A stretch of DNA of 64,000 nt, taken from assembly GCA_963801815.1 (NCBI GenBank), contig CAWDGJ010000001.1, positions 224,001 through 288,000 on the forward strand. The letters are read 5' to 3'. Positions 52,174-61,990 of the stretch are shown piece by piece (the first letter of the stretch is position 1; the number at the start of each line of letters is the position of its first letter). Both the position numbers and the translations under genes were made by a program. The notes below the pieces were generated by a model. That model worked only from the letters and a program-made list of their open reading frames with translations, was not told where the DNA came from and did no database searches. The stretch is from an uncultured Verrucomicrobiae bacterium (GTDB lineage: Bacteria > Verrucomicrobiota > Verrucomicrobiia > Chthoniobacterales > UBA10450).

Positions 52174-55100
52174 TCAAACGCCCAGTTGCTGGCTGGACAG
52201 ATAATAATAGAGCCCGCGTTGCGCCATCAGTTCATCGTGGGTTCCGATTTCGGCCACGCTTCCCTTTTCTAAAACTACGATCGCATTGGCTTCACGAATG
52301 GTGCTAAGCCGGTGCGCGATGACAATTGTAGTTCGACCAGCCATCAATCGACCAAGGTTGTCCTGAATTGCCCGCTCCGATTCGGTGTCGAGCGCGCTGG
52401 TCGCTTCGTCGAAAATCAGGATGGGCGGATTATCATAAATCGCGCGCGCAATCGCGATCCGCTGTTTCTGGCCGCCGGACAGGGCCAGACCGGACTCGCC
52501 GATTTTCGTTTCGTAACCGAGCGGAAGCCGCATGATGAAATCGTGCGCCGCGGCCGCCTGCGCTGCCGCCAATACTCGATCAATGTCCGGCTCGATATCT
52601 CCGAAGGCGATGTTGCGCGCGATAGTGTCGTTGAAGATGTGATTTTCCTGCAACACCATTCCGATATGTCGCCGCACATCGCGGTAGTTCAGGGTCCGAA
52701 GGTCGACGTTGTCAAAGGAGATCGTGCCTTCGGTCGGCTCCAGGAGGCCGGCGACCAACTTAATCAAGGTCGTTTTTCCCGAACCGCTGCGTCCGGCAAA
52801 CGCCACCATTTTTCCGGGACTAATGTCGAGATCGATGTTGCTTAGAATGTTCGGCGCTTCCGGTCCGCCGTACTTGAAGCAAACTCCACGCAACTGGATG
52901 CGTCCTTCCAAACTGTGGACGGGGATTAATTGCGATCGATCATGTCCTTGTTCCGGCTCTTGCTCAAAGATGTCGTTCAGGCGATTCAACAAAACGGAGG
53001 CGAATTGCATGTTGTCCCAGACGCCGAGCGTTCGAAGAATTCCCGAATACGCCATCGCAGTCAGCGAGCTGAAGGCAACGAACCCGCCAACGCTAAGATG
53101 TCCCTGGATTACCTGGGTGGCGCCAACCCAGAGAAAAATCGCGGTCGAGAGCAAACCGATGCTTTGCAACACGCTGTCGTAAGACATCACGATGAAGCTG
53201 GCGCGGAATAGCTGCTTCGAAACGGAAAGGAACTCATTTAGCATCGCGTCGCGAAACGCGCTTTCGGCAGAGGCCGCTTTTACCGCTTCAATTCCCTTAA
53301 TCGCGTCGATTTGATGCGAGCTATACTTTCCCTGACTCTCTTCCACACCGGCAAATAACGGCCTCAACACTTTCACCGAAAAAATCATCAAGCCTGCATA
53401 AAGCGGAGTGCTTGCGAGAAATGCCAGGGTGAGGAGTGGGCTATAGATCGCCATTAAAAAAAGCGCGCCCAGCAGATAAACTACCGCGAGCAAGGCACCA
53501 ATCCCTTGCTGCACCGCGAATTGCCGGACTTGTCGCGCTCCGTCTAGTCGCCGCTGGATATCGCCAGTTCGCCGGCTTGTGAAGTAGGTCATCGGCAGCG
53601 ACAGAAGCTTTCGGCTCAGGAAATCGAGGACAGCCGTGTCAAGTCGCACCGCGGCAAACGCGAGCAGGTATTCTTGAGCCAGTGTTGCCAGCTGTACGAA
53701 AACAATGGCCGCGAGCATTCCAATCACGATTGTCCGCAGCAACCCGAGATCGTTCTCGACAATGACTTTGTCGACGACCATCTGAGTAAAGACCGGGAAA
53801 ACCAGCTGCAAAACGCTGACCGCGAGGGCGAGCCCAAGCACTTGGAGAAGCACGACCTTGAACCGGGCCAGAAAAGGAAACAACCAGGCCAACGCAGGTT
53901 TGGCTTCCGGCGCCTGCTCGAATGCCGTCGTGTAGTCAAAAAGGGCGGCGTAACCGGTCCACTTTCCTTCAAATTCGCTCCGCGAAAGTTTGCGCAAACC
54001 CAGGGCGGGATCAGCGACACGAACAAACTCTGAATCGACATCGTAAAGCACGATCCAGTGATTGCCTTCCCAATGCACAATCGCCGGCAACGGCATCATT
54101 GGCAGATTTCTGAGCGAAACTTTCAGCGCGCGCGCGGCCAATCCAAGTTCCGTAGCGGCGCGGACGAGCGCTTTCAAACTCGTGCCATCTGTCGCGGTGT
54201 GACAAAGCTGGCGTATCCGCGCCAGGCTTACTTTGCGTCCAAAGTGCCGGCAAATCATTCCCAGACTCGCCGCGCCACAGTCCATCTCATCGATCTGCTG
54301 GATGTGCTCGATCTTCCGGATGCGGTTTGCTCGCTTCCGGAAATAGCCGTGTTCGTCTTCGAACGGTTCGGCTTTGTCTTCGCTCTCAACCGCTCCTTCC
54401 TCGCCATCGAGCGCAGTCTTATCCGCCCGGCGAGTTTCGGCCGGGAGAAGTTCCTCGGAGAAGTCGAGTGGAATGCGGGCCTCGGTTTTCGCCTCGTAAA
54501 TGGCGAGCCGCTCGACCAATAGTTTGTCGAATTCGGGGAACCGCTTGCGCAAATCCAAGACTGCCTCCGGTTCGAGCGCGAGGGCATGGCAATTGGTGAA
54601 CGCTTCCACTGACGCTGCCCGCGCCGAGTTGTTTAGTATCGACAACTCGCCGAAGAAATCGCCTTCGCGATAGAATGCTACGTTGCGCTGGTGTCCGTTC
54701 CCGTCGCCAATAAAGGCGCGCGCGCGCCCTTTCTCAATGACATACATCGGTCCCGCCGCGTCGCCCTGCCGGATGATCAAGTCGCCCTTGGCGAAACCCA
54801 CTGGCACTAAATGATCGATCATGCTGCGGAGGGCCGGCCCGGGCAGACGGCCAAAGTTGCTGAATTGATAAAGGAAGCTCTGCACCGCGCGGTTGCGCCC
54901 GATCATTTCGATGTAATGCCGAAGGTCTGGCGCCTGCGCGACAAGTTGAAGAAAATCGTTTCGATCGATTCGCAGGACATCCACCGCGGTGCTGCACCGC
55001 ACGGTCGCCGCCCGCTTTCCACCTTCGGCCAAAGCGGCTTCGCCAAAACTATCGCCCGGTTTCAATACTCCGAGCGGAATCTCTTCGCCGTCCGACTTGA

Positions 55101-55290
55101 TTTTGACCGCTCGGGCGCGGCCATTCGTCAAAATATAAAAAGCATCCGCTGGTTCGTCTTGTTCGACGATCAGATCTCCGAAATCATAATGCTCTTCCTG
55201 TAGTAACGGCTCGAGAGCCGCGAAATGTTCGTCCGAAAGAAATCGAAAAGCCGCCGCGCGCCGAATGATCTGAGTATCTGCGGTTCTCAT
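52174..55290 (-). CDS. Peptidase C39-containing ABC transporter with two N-terminal cNMP-binding domains
   Basis: Two cNMP domains (GDSFGE..L...R.ATV and GDFFGE..L...R.ASV). C39 Q..EMDCGAA, HW..NHW and VADPA (Cys-His-Asp intact). TMD, GRSGSGKT, LSGGQKQR, DEATSALD. Confidence 0.95.
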   Translation of the reverse strand: MRTADTQIIRRAAAFRFLSDEHFAALEPLLQEEHYDFGDLIVEQDEPADAFYILTNGRARAVKIKSDGEEIPLGVLKPGDSFGEAALAEGGKRAATVRCSTAVDVLRIDRNDFLQLVAQAPDLRHYIEMIGRNRAVQSFLYQFSNFGRLPGPALRSMIDHLVPVGFAKGDLIIRQGDAAGPMYVIEKGRARAFIGDGNGHQRNVAFYREGDFFGELSILNNSARAASVEAFTNCHALALEPEAVLDLRKRFPEFDKLLVERLAIYEAKTEARIPLDFSEELLPAETRRADKTALDGEEGAVESEDKAEPFEDEHGYFRKRANRIRKIEHIQQIDEMDCGAASLGMICRHFGRKVSLARIRQLCHTATDGTSLKALVRAATELGLAARALKVSLRNLPMMPLPAIVHWEGNHWIVLYDVDSEFVRVADPALGLRKLSRSEFEGKWTGYAALFDYTTAFEQAPEAKPALAWLFPFLARFKVVLLQVLGLALAVSVLQLVFPVFTQMVVDKVIVENDLGLLRTIVIGMLAAIVFVQLATLAQEYLLAFAAVRLDTAVLDFLSRKLLSLPMTYFTSRRTGDIQRRLDGARQVRQFAVQQGIGALLAVVYLLGALFLMAIYSPLLTLAFLASTPLYAGLMIFSVKVLRPLFAGVEESQGKYSSHQIDAIKGIEAVKAASAESAFRDAMLNEFLSVSKQLFRASFIVMSYDSVLQSIGLLSTAIFLWVGATQVIQGHLSVGGFVAFSSLTAMAYSGILRTLGVWDNMQFASVLLNRLNDIFEQEPEQGHDRSQLIPVHSLEGRIQLRGVCFKYGGPEAPNILSNIDLDISPGKMVAFAGRSGSGKTTLIKLVAGLLEPTEGTISFDNVDLRTLNYRDVRRHIGMVLQENHIFNDTIARNIAFGDIEPDIDRVLAAAQAAAAHDFIMRLPLGYETKIGESGLALSGGQKQRIAIARAIYDNPPILIFDEATSALDTESERAIQDNLGRLMAGRTTIVIAHRLSTIREANAIVVLEKGSVAEIGTHDELMAQRGLYYYLSSQQLGV

Positions 55291-56381
55291 TCGCTTAAAG
55301 CTTGTCCGCCTAACCGCACTTCCACGTGGTCGCCGGTCAATGTGGAAAACTGCCGCTCCAAAAGGCGCTCGTCGACGCGTTGCTGGACGGCAGGGTCGGC
55401 TGGGTCGGGCTCAATCTTTTTTGTTATCCGATAGAGCTCGAAACCATCGCCGCGGGGCAACGGATCGAGCACGTCCCCGGCGCTGATGCTCCAGAATTTC
55501 TGCTTCAATTCCTCGGGGACTGCATCGTGCAGAAAAGTCATTCGCCGAAACGGATATCGCGCTTCGGCCGCAATCTCTTCCATCGACATCCCATCTTGCC
55601 GAATGCAGAGGAGGGCTTCCTTAGCCGCCTCGAGCGACTCCACCTCAATCACTTCAGCTTCGAACTGGGTCAGAGGCATGCGCAACGTTGCCAACTGTTT
55701 TTGTCGAGCTTGGGAGGTCAGCACTTTTTCGCACAGACTCCTATAAGCAGCCTCCATGGCCACCGTCGCGTCGAACCATTTCTGATCGCGGCCGAGCTGT
55801 GCCAGCCAGTCATTCAACTTCGCTTCGGCAACTTTAGTTCGATCCAGGAACGCTCTTCGCTCCATGCTGATTCTTTCCGGATCAATGTTGCCTTCCTCAA
55901 TCGCGGCAAGCGCAGCCAGTCGCCACATCAGGCACGTATTCAACTGATCAAGCCCGCCCGAAAAAATAAGCTCGGTAGTAAAAAGCTCTCGCAGTTCTGA
56001 CTGGGCTGCAATGAGATCGACATCATTCGATTCGATCTTCTCGTCGACCGTTGAAAGCCAATGTTGTCGCGCAAAGTAATCGGTGAAATCCGCGAGACTC
56101 AAGCCGCGCGCAGCCAGCCATTGCTCGGTTTCCTCGGCGGTAATCAGATCGTGCGCGTAACGGAAACTTTCCGCGGCCGCGTCGATCGCGTCATGGTCGA
56201 GCTCCAGCTCAAGCTCCTCAGCGCGCTCTTCCGCTCGCAGGCCGCGAAGAAACTGCTTCCACGTCGAATCGAGTTCATCGCGAAAGATCGCGGTGTCGAT
56301 CAGGTCGCGGGAATTATAGGTTTTTCCGCGACAAGCACACATCACGAGCTCGCCGGCGGAAGCTGATTCGGTCTGGGCCAT
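55287..56381 (-). CDS. PpiC/parvulin-related peptide-export accessory protein
   Basis: SurA-like helical N-part (FRY..DL..AEET..WL..RGLS) and a rotamase-like C-part (MEEIAAE..AGDVLDP..GDGFELYRI). Overlaps the transporter start by 4 nt. Confidence 0.65.
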   Translation of the reverse strand: MAQTESASAGELVMCACRGKTYNSRDLIDTAIFRDELDSTWKQFLRGLRAEERAEELELELDHDAIDAAAESFRYAHDLITAEETEQWLAARGLSLADFTDYFARQHWLSTVDEKIESNDVDLIAAQSELRELFTTELIFSGGLDQLNTCLMWRLAALAAIEEGNIDPERISMERRAFLDRTKVAEAKLNDWLAQLGRDQKWFDATVAMEAAYRSLCEKVLTSQARQKQLATLRMPLTQFEAEVIEVESLEAAKEALLCIRQDGMSMEEIAAEARYPFRRMTFLHDAVPEELKQKFWSISAGDVLDPLPRGDGFELYRITKKIEPDPADPAVQQRVDERLLERQFSTLTGDHVEVRLGGQALSE

Positions 56382-56658
56382 TGAACTTTGGGGTCGGGTT
56401 TATATGACCTTGCCGGACAAAAGTCGAGACAATCGTGGCCTCAATTCTAGGCCACAAAGCGGAACGCCGTTTTTGAGGGCTCACTGTCAGCCAAGTCAAG
56501 CTTCACTTGGAGCCCAAGCGCAGAAGTGACCGTCAGCCAAAAGAGACCACTCCTGGTAAGGCAGAAATGAGGAAAAGGTTCTAACCCCTGCTGAGTTACG
56601 CTCGTTTCTCATGCAAACTGTTTGACTAGCCCTCTTAATACACTGTTCAGTTTATGCC

Positions 56659-57567
56659 ATGTCAGCTGCTTCGCTTCGCGCTCTGCTCACCCGATCGATC
56701 GATTACGCGGGAATGTTTCCGCCCTGCAGTCTCGAGTTGGCGCCGGCGCTGAAGAATCAGGCCGACTACGCGCGCTCGGCGGATTCCTGGATGCTGTCAG
56801 CGTTTGTGTTGCCGGTTGCGAAATTCGCGGATGCCACGCCGCTTGTTTCTCAATTCGACAAGCACCATCCGCTGCGTGTCTCCGTGCTCGGTCCCAAAAC
56901 GGAAAGCGCCAAAGATTTGCTGGCCGAGCTTGCGAAGGTCGGTGAAACGATTGGTTCGTTCCAGAAACAACACACCGACCTCGTCTCGATCGCCCAGCTG
57001 GAAATGATGCTTCCGGCCGATGTCGATATTGCGAAGTTGAATGAGGTCGCCGTGCTAGTGACGGATTTAAAGGTGCAGACTTTCTGGGAAACACCCGCCG
57101 AATCAGCCGAACAAACGATCGCGATGTTGGCGCGGGCGAAACATCCGGCGTTTGGGTATAAGTTGAGAACGGGCGGGGTGATTGCCGACGCTTTTCCAAG
57201 CTCAGTCCAGATTGCGCGAGCGATCCTTGCCTCGACGAAACACCATGTCCCAATCAAGTTTACGGCCGGGCTCCATCATCCGATTCGACAATTTCGGGAA
57301 GAAGTAAAAACTGAAATGCACGGATTTCTCAATGTGCTTGGGGCCGGCGTCCTTTCGGCGGAACACCACTGGGACGAAGCCCAAACGGTTGGTATGCTCG
57401 AAGACCAAAGCGCCGGGTCTTTCGAGTTTCACGACACTGTATTCGCCTGGCGCGATTGGGAAATCACCCTCGACCGCATCAAAGCTCGCCGAAAGTTTAT
57501 TACTTCGTTTGGTAGCTGCAGCGTCGATGAGCCGCGGCAAGATTTGCGCGCCTTAAATCTGTTGTAA
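56659..57567 (+). CDS. Conserved hypothetical protein upstream of fahA
   Basis: IDYAGMFPP, KLRTGG, KFTAGLHHP, HGFLN and SFGSCS..EP motifs of an uncharacterised family. Confidence 0.8.
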   Translation: MSAASLRALLTRSIDYAGMFPPCSLELAPALKNQADYARSADSWMLSAFVLPVAKFADATPLVSQFDKHHPLRVSVLGPKTESAKDLLAELAKVGETIGSFQKQHTDLVSIAQLEMMLPADVDIAKLNEVAVLVTDLKVQTFWETPAESAEQTIAMLARAKHPAFGYKLRTGGVIADAFPSSVQIARAILASTKHHVPIKFTAGLHHPIRQFREEVKTEMHGFLNVLGAGVLSAEHHWDEAQTVGMLEDQSAGSFEFHDTVFAWRDWEITLDRIKARRKFITSFGSCSVDEPRQDLRALNLL

Positions 57568-57568
57568 G

Positions 57569-57637
57569 ATAGGGGCGGTTCACCGAACCGCCATAACCGC
57601 CAGTCCGGCTCGGACCGATTGAGGTCAAACGCCCTGC
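57569..57637. repeat. Degenerate GTAG-type REP doublet
   Basis: ATAGGGGCGGTTCACCGAACCGCC .. CGATTGAGGTCAAACGCCC, similar to 46476-46528. Confidence 0.6.
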
Positions 57638-57639
57638 CA

Positions 57640-58896
57640 ATGCCATTAAAATCATTCATTGATGTCGCGCCGGATTCGCATTTTCCGCTGGAGAACTTGC
57701 CGTTCGGTGTTTTCAAACCGCGCAATGGAAGCGCGCGAATCGGCGTCGCGCTCGGCGAGTACGTGGTTGATCTTGCCGCGCTCGAGGGGGCTGGACACTT
57801 TAAGGATCTCCAGGATCGACAACTGTTCGCGCGCGACTCACTAAACGATTTTCTTGCGCTCGGCAGGCCTGCCTGGAAGAAGGTTCGTGAAATTCTTCAA
57901 AAACTTCTCGCCGCTGAGACTCCGGCGTTGCGCGAAGATAAAAACCTGCGCGAACGCGTGTTTCATCGGCAATCGGAAGTCGCAATGCAATTGCCGGTGA
58001 AGATCGGCAATTACACCGATTTTTATTCCTCTTATCATCACGCCCATAACGTCGGAACGATGTTGCGCGGTCCCGAGAACGCGCTGATGCCGAATTGGAA
58101 ATGGTTGCCGGTAGCGTATCACGGCCGTGCCAGCTCGGTGGTGGTGAGCGGAACAGAGGTGCGCCGGCCGAAAGGGCAAATTAAACCACCGGATGTGGCG
58201 GCACCCGCTTTTGGCCCGACAAAAAGTTTGGATTATGAGCTGGAGATGGCGTTTCTGATTGGTCCCGGTAATTCGTTAGGCCAGCCGGTGCCGGTCGACC
58301 AAGCGGCAGATCACATCTTCGGTTTCGTCCTAATGAACGATTGGAGCGCCCGCGACGTTCAAGCTTGGGAGTATCAGCCACTGGGGCCGTTTCTGGCCAA
58401 AAACTTTTGCACGAGCATTTCGCCGTGGGTCGTTACAATGGAAGCGCTCGAACCTTTCCGGAAGCCGCTGCCCAAACAAGATCCCGAACCGTTGCCCTAT
58501 CTCCGCGCCAAGAGCGATTTTACGTTCGACATTCAACTCGAGGCGAATCTCCAAACGGTCAGGATGAAAGCGCCGCAAACAATTACGCGGACGAATTTTC
58601 AAAACCTTTACTGGAGCGTTTCGCAACAGCTCGCGCATCACGCGGTGGGTGGTTGTAATTTGCAACCAGGTGACTTGCTGGCGAGCGGAACAATCAGCGG
58701 CCCGACGGAGGAATCGCGCGGTTGTATGCTCGAGCTTACCTGGCGCGGTGCAAATCCCCTAAAGCTGAAAAGCGGGGAGGAACGCAAGTGGCTTGAGGAT
58801 GGCGACGTGTTGTCGATTACCGGGTGGTGCCAGGGAAGTGGTTTTCGCGTCGGGTTTGGCGAGGTCAGCGGGAAGGTTTTGCCGGCACAGTCCTAG
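57640..58896 (+). CDS. fahA: Fumarylacetoacetase
   Basis: NLPFGVF, YTDFYSS..HA.NVG, YHGRASS, LDYELE, NDWSARD.Q.WEY.PLGPF, SGTISG. Confidence 0.96.
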   Translation: MPLKSFIDVAPDSHFPLENLPFGVFKPRNGSARIGVALGEYVVDLAALEGAGHFKDLQDRQLFARDSLNDFLALGRPAWKKVREILQKLLAAETPALREDKNLRERVFHRQSEVAMQLPVKIGNYTDFYSSYHHAHNVGTMLRGPENALMPNWKWLPVAYHGRASSVVVSGTEVRRPKGQIKPPDVAAPAFGPTKSLDYELEMAFLIGPGNSLGQPVPVDQAADHIFGFVLMNDWSARDVQAWEYQPLGPFLAKNFCTSISPWVVTMEALEPFRKPLPKQDPEPLPYLRAKSDFTFDIQLEANLQTVRMKAPQTITRTNFQNLYWSVSQQLAHHAVGGCNLQPGDLLASGTISGPTEESRGCMLELTWRGANPLKLKSGEERKWLEDGDVLSITGWCQGSGFRVGFGEVSGKVLPAQS

Positions 58897-58956
58897 AGCG
58901 CATTCTCATCGTCCGGGCGCCTAACATTTGTAGCAGGATGTCGGATTTCTGGTCTG

Positions 58957-59361
58957 ATGCCTGCTGACAGATTGACCCGGGTGAAAGCACAAATTCTGCA
59001 CGTTGATGATGACCCGGATATTCGTCTGCTGATTTCCGCCTCGCTTCAAGACTTCGGTTACGTCGTAGCGACAGCGGGAACGAATGCCGAGGCCCTGGAG
59101 TTGGCTGAAAAAGTGAAATTTGATTTGTTCATCCTCGATGTGCGACTCCCCGATGGCAACGGCATTGAGCTGTGTCAAAAAGTCAACCAACTGCAACCAA
59201 AGAGCCCGGTCGTTTATTATTCGGCCTACGCGAGCGATGAAGAACAGGAAGCGGCGTTATCGGTTGCCGGCGATGCCTACTTGAAGAAACCGGTCTCGGC
59301 TACGGTGTTGGAAAAGACGATCGCTGAGTTACTCGAGCGGACAGGCTTCCAAGCCGAATAG
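58957..59361 (+). CDS. Single-domain response regulator
   Basis: HVDDD, ILDVRLPDGNG, SA, YLKKP. Confidence 0.9.
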   Translation: MPADRLTRVKAQILHVDDDPDIRLLISASLQDFGYVVATAGTNAEALELAEKVKFDLFILDVRLPDGNGIELCQKVNQLQPKSPVVYYSAYASDEEQEAALSVAGDAYLKKPVSATVLEKTIAELLERTGFQAE

Positions 59362-59465
59362 TGCTTGAGCCTTCACGCGATGAAGTGACCGAACGGCTAG
59401 CCACTCTGTCCACCTGGACGTTCTTGGTCACAATAGCTTTGCTGTGTTTAATTCGCGCACGGCGA

Positions 59466-59495
59466 CAAGGGCCTGTAGCTCAGCGGTTAGAGCAG
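59466..59495 (+). repeat. Duplicated 5' end of tRNA-Ile2
   Basis: CAAGGGCCTGTAGCTCAGCGGTTAGAGCAG identical to 59554-59583. Confidence 0.92.
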
Positions 59496-59556
59496 CCCCG
59501 AAAGCTTTCAGGGTTGGTTATCAGAGGTTCGCATGATTTATTATGCGGAGCTTCAA

Positions 59557-59629
<73 letters not shown>

Positions 59630-59744
59630 GTCTACGCTCGCGTCATGACCAGAGCGTAGACTGTCGCGCCGGAGCATGGCGTAGGCGGACAATGATAGGC
59701 TTGCACAGTCGTGTGCAGCGAGCTACGACTCGGCAAGCTAGCGA

Positions 59745-59996
59745 ATGCCCCCGAACTTTTGCTACGTGTATATTCTGCAGAGCACTGCTGACCCGAAACG
59801 GTTCTATACGGGTTTGGCGACTGACTTACGAGAACGGATTGCAGCGCACAATCGAGGTCATGTTCGCTATACGTCTCTATGGAAGCCATGGGTCCTCAAA
59901 ACGTATATCGCCTTTCGCGACCGCCGTCGAGCCGCTGAATTTGAGCGTTATCTGAAATCGGCGTCGGGCCGCGCCTTTGTGAAGAAGCGGTTGTAG
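59745..59996 (+). CDS. GIY-YIG nuclease family protein
   Basis: YVYIL...FYTG...DL..R...HN, A..FE.YLKS..GR. Confidence 0.9.
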   Translation: MPPNFCYVYILQSTADPKRFYTGLATDLRERIAAHNRGHVRYTSLWKPWVLKTYIAFRDRRRAAEFERYLKSASGRAFVKKRL

Positions 59997-60275
59997 CCAC
60001 GCGGTCCAGTGCAATTTCTGGCCTCCTATCCAATCAGAACGGAGCCCCAGAATTGTTCCGATTTGTTGATAAATTGTAAAAAAGTCACTTTTCCGCAGGG
60101 AACTCGTTGACAATGTGAATAACTGTCACAATAATATCGCGTGTTGAAAAAATTCATCCCGCAGAAAACGATCTCGTCGATCGGAGAGGGGTCGTTGAAT
60201 TCGGGGGGTGATGATTCCAACCGGCCCGTCTACAGCGAGCAACCAAAATCACCAACCAACGAGTACAAAAAGTTT

Positions 60276-60683
60276 ATGGCTGAACATTCCGGCAAAGACG
60301 TCCTTTCCAGCGACGTTGAAATTAAGGGCACGATCAAGTTCCAAAAGGAGCTTCTGATTGATGGCAAAGTTGAAGGCGAAATCAATTCCGACGGCGTACT
60401 GACCGTGGGCGAAAACGCGGATATTCGCGCCGAGATCAAAACAAAATCGATCACCATTTATGGCAAGGTTCAGGGGAACGTGAGCGTGAGCGAGCGTTGC
60501 GAATTAAAGTCCAAGTGCACGCTTCAGGGAGATTTGAAAGCGGCCCGCCTGATTATCGAGGAAGGCGCCACCTTTATCGGAAAATCGGAAGTTTCGAGCG
60601 GGATGAGCGTAAAAACGTCGACGAAGCCAGAAGTTGTCCGCCACGAAGAATCAGTAAAGCCTGCCTTCGCGGCCCGTGCTTAA
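60276..60683 (+). CDS. Bactofilin (polymer-forming cytoskeletal protein)
   Basis: IKGTI....LLIDGKVEGEI, I.GKVQGNV, L.GDL....L.IEEGA.F.G. Start trimmed to MAEHSG. Confidence 0.9.
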   Translation: MAEHSGKDVLSSDVEIKGTIKFQKELLIDGKVEGEINSDGVLTVGENADIRAEIKTKSITIYGKVQGNVSVSERCELKSKCTLQGDLKAARLIIEEGATFIGKSEVSSGMSVKTSTKPEVVRHEESVKPAFAARA

Positions 60684-60707
60684 GATTGACCTCCGCCTTC
60701 TGAACTA

Positions 60708-61553
60708 GTGACCAAATCGTCGCCTGCTAAGGCCAGTGTGGAATGCCCCCACTGTGGCTTTAAGCAAATGGAGTATGTGGCGGCGAAATCGACGATTTGC
60801 CGGCAGTGTGGTCGCTCGTTTGCGCCAATGGCAGCGGCGCTCAAGCCTGAGGTTAAAACCGGGGACGCAGCCTCCGTCGGTGCAGGTGATGTTCCGCTTC
60901 ATCGGAAGCTCGAGAACATGTGGAGCCGGCAGCGCAATCGCGTGGTTTCGTGCTTTGAATGCAAACGTAAGCACGAGGTCAGCGATCAGGCGACGTCGAC
61001 GAATTGCCCGGGCTGCAGCGCGCACATCGACCTGCGCGATTACAAAATTACAACCAGCTTCAGTCGCACAATCCGCACGCGCGGAGATGTGCATCTTAGC
61101 AACAAGGGCGATCTCAGCAGCACCAGTGTGATTTGCCATTCGGCGATGATCGAAGGAAAGCTGCGCGGAAATCTCCAGTGCGAAGATTCGATGACGATTG
61201 ATTTGGTCGGAAAAATTCCCGGCCGGATCGCTGCCCAAAATATCTCGGTCGAACGAAAGTCAGACATTCAATGTTTTCGTCGCGTGACCGTTGCCAACAT
61301 TGACATCAAAGGGCGGATGTCGGCTGAAATTGTGGCCAGCGGTTCGGTAACAATTCGCAAGACGGGCTCGCTTGACGGGAACGTCACCGCAAAGTCGATC
61401 GCAATCGAGAAGGGCGGAATGTTTTCCGGACAACTCGTTATCGGGCAGGCAAGCCTGACTCAAGGTGAGCTTTTGCCGGAAGCGAAACCGGCCGAGCCAA
61501 AAGCTAAGACCGACGTGCCAGTAGCGGCACCTCATCCGCTGCCCGCGACCTAG
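60708..61553 (+). CDS. Zinc-ribbon + bactofilin domain protein
   Basis: Four CxxC pairs (CPHC, CRQC, CFEC, CPGC) followed by extended bactofilin beta-helix repeats. Confidence 0.85.
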   Translation: MTKSSPAKASVECPHCGFKQMEYVAAKSTICRQCGRSFAPMAAALKPEVKTGDAASVGAGDVPLHRKLENMWSRQRNRVVSCFECKRKHEVSDQATSTNCPGCSAHIDLRDYKITTSFSRTIRTRGDVHLSNKGDLSSTSVICHSAMIEGKLRGNLQCEDSMTIDLVGKIPGRIAAQNISVERKSDIQCFRRVTVANIDIKGRMSAEIVASGSVTIRKTGSLDGNVTAKSIAIEKGGMFSGQLVIGQASLTQGELLPEAKPAEPKAKTDVPVAAPHPLPAT

Positions 61554-61561
61554 GTTGTCCG

Positions 61562-61981
61562 ATGCGAAGACTGCATCCGCGCAGTCCTTACGAAAAGCTC
61601 GGCGGTTATGTTCATCTGCCGCGCTTGATCGACAAGGCGAAGCTGCATCGCAAAGGCCTCCTGGACGGCTACAACTACAAAACAGTCGGCTTCGACAAGC
61701 ATCTCCTGAGTTTTTTAAAGATCGACGGCGACGCGTTTGAAGATGCCGTTCATCGTTTGGAGAAAGACGACGCGATCCTCAAATGGGTTCAGGAAAACAG
61801 CGTCAAGCATTCCGCGGACGACGTGGAGCACTGGAACCAGGCGATGGTTTCACGCCATCCCGACACCGCCGCCAAGAAGGCGCGTTTCAGTCATTTCTTG
61901 AAACAATCCGGCGGTGCCGGTCGAAAAGACATCCGGACTTACTTCGATCTGATCGAATTCGACGAAGGACGACTGAAATGA
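61562..61981 (+). CDS. DUF5069-like protein
   Basis: PRSPYEKLGG..HLPR.IDKA and FDLIE.DEGR. Confidence 0.7.
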   Translation: MRRLHPRSPYEKLGGYVHLPRLIDKAKLHRKGLLDGYNYKTVGFDKHLLSFLKIDGDAFEDAVHRLEKDDAILKWVQENSVKHSADDVEHWNQAMVSRHPDTAAKKARFSHFLKQSGGAGRKDIRTYFDLIEFDEGRLK

Positions 61982-61990
61982 ACTACGGCC

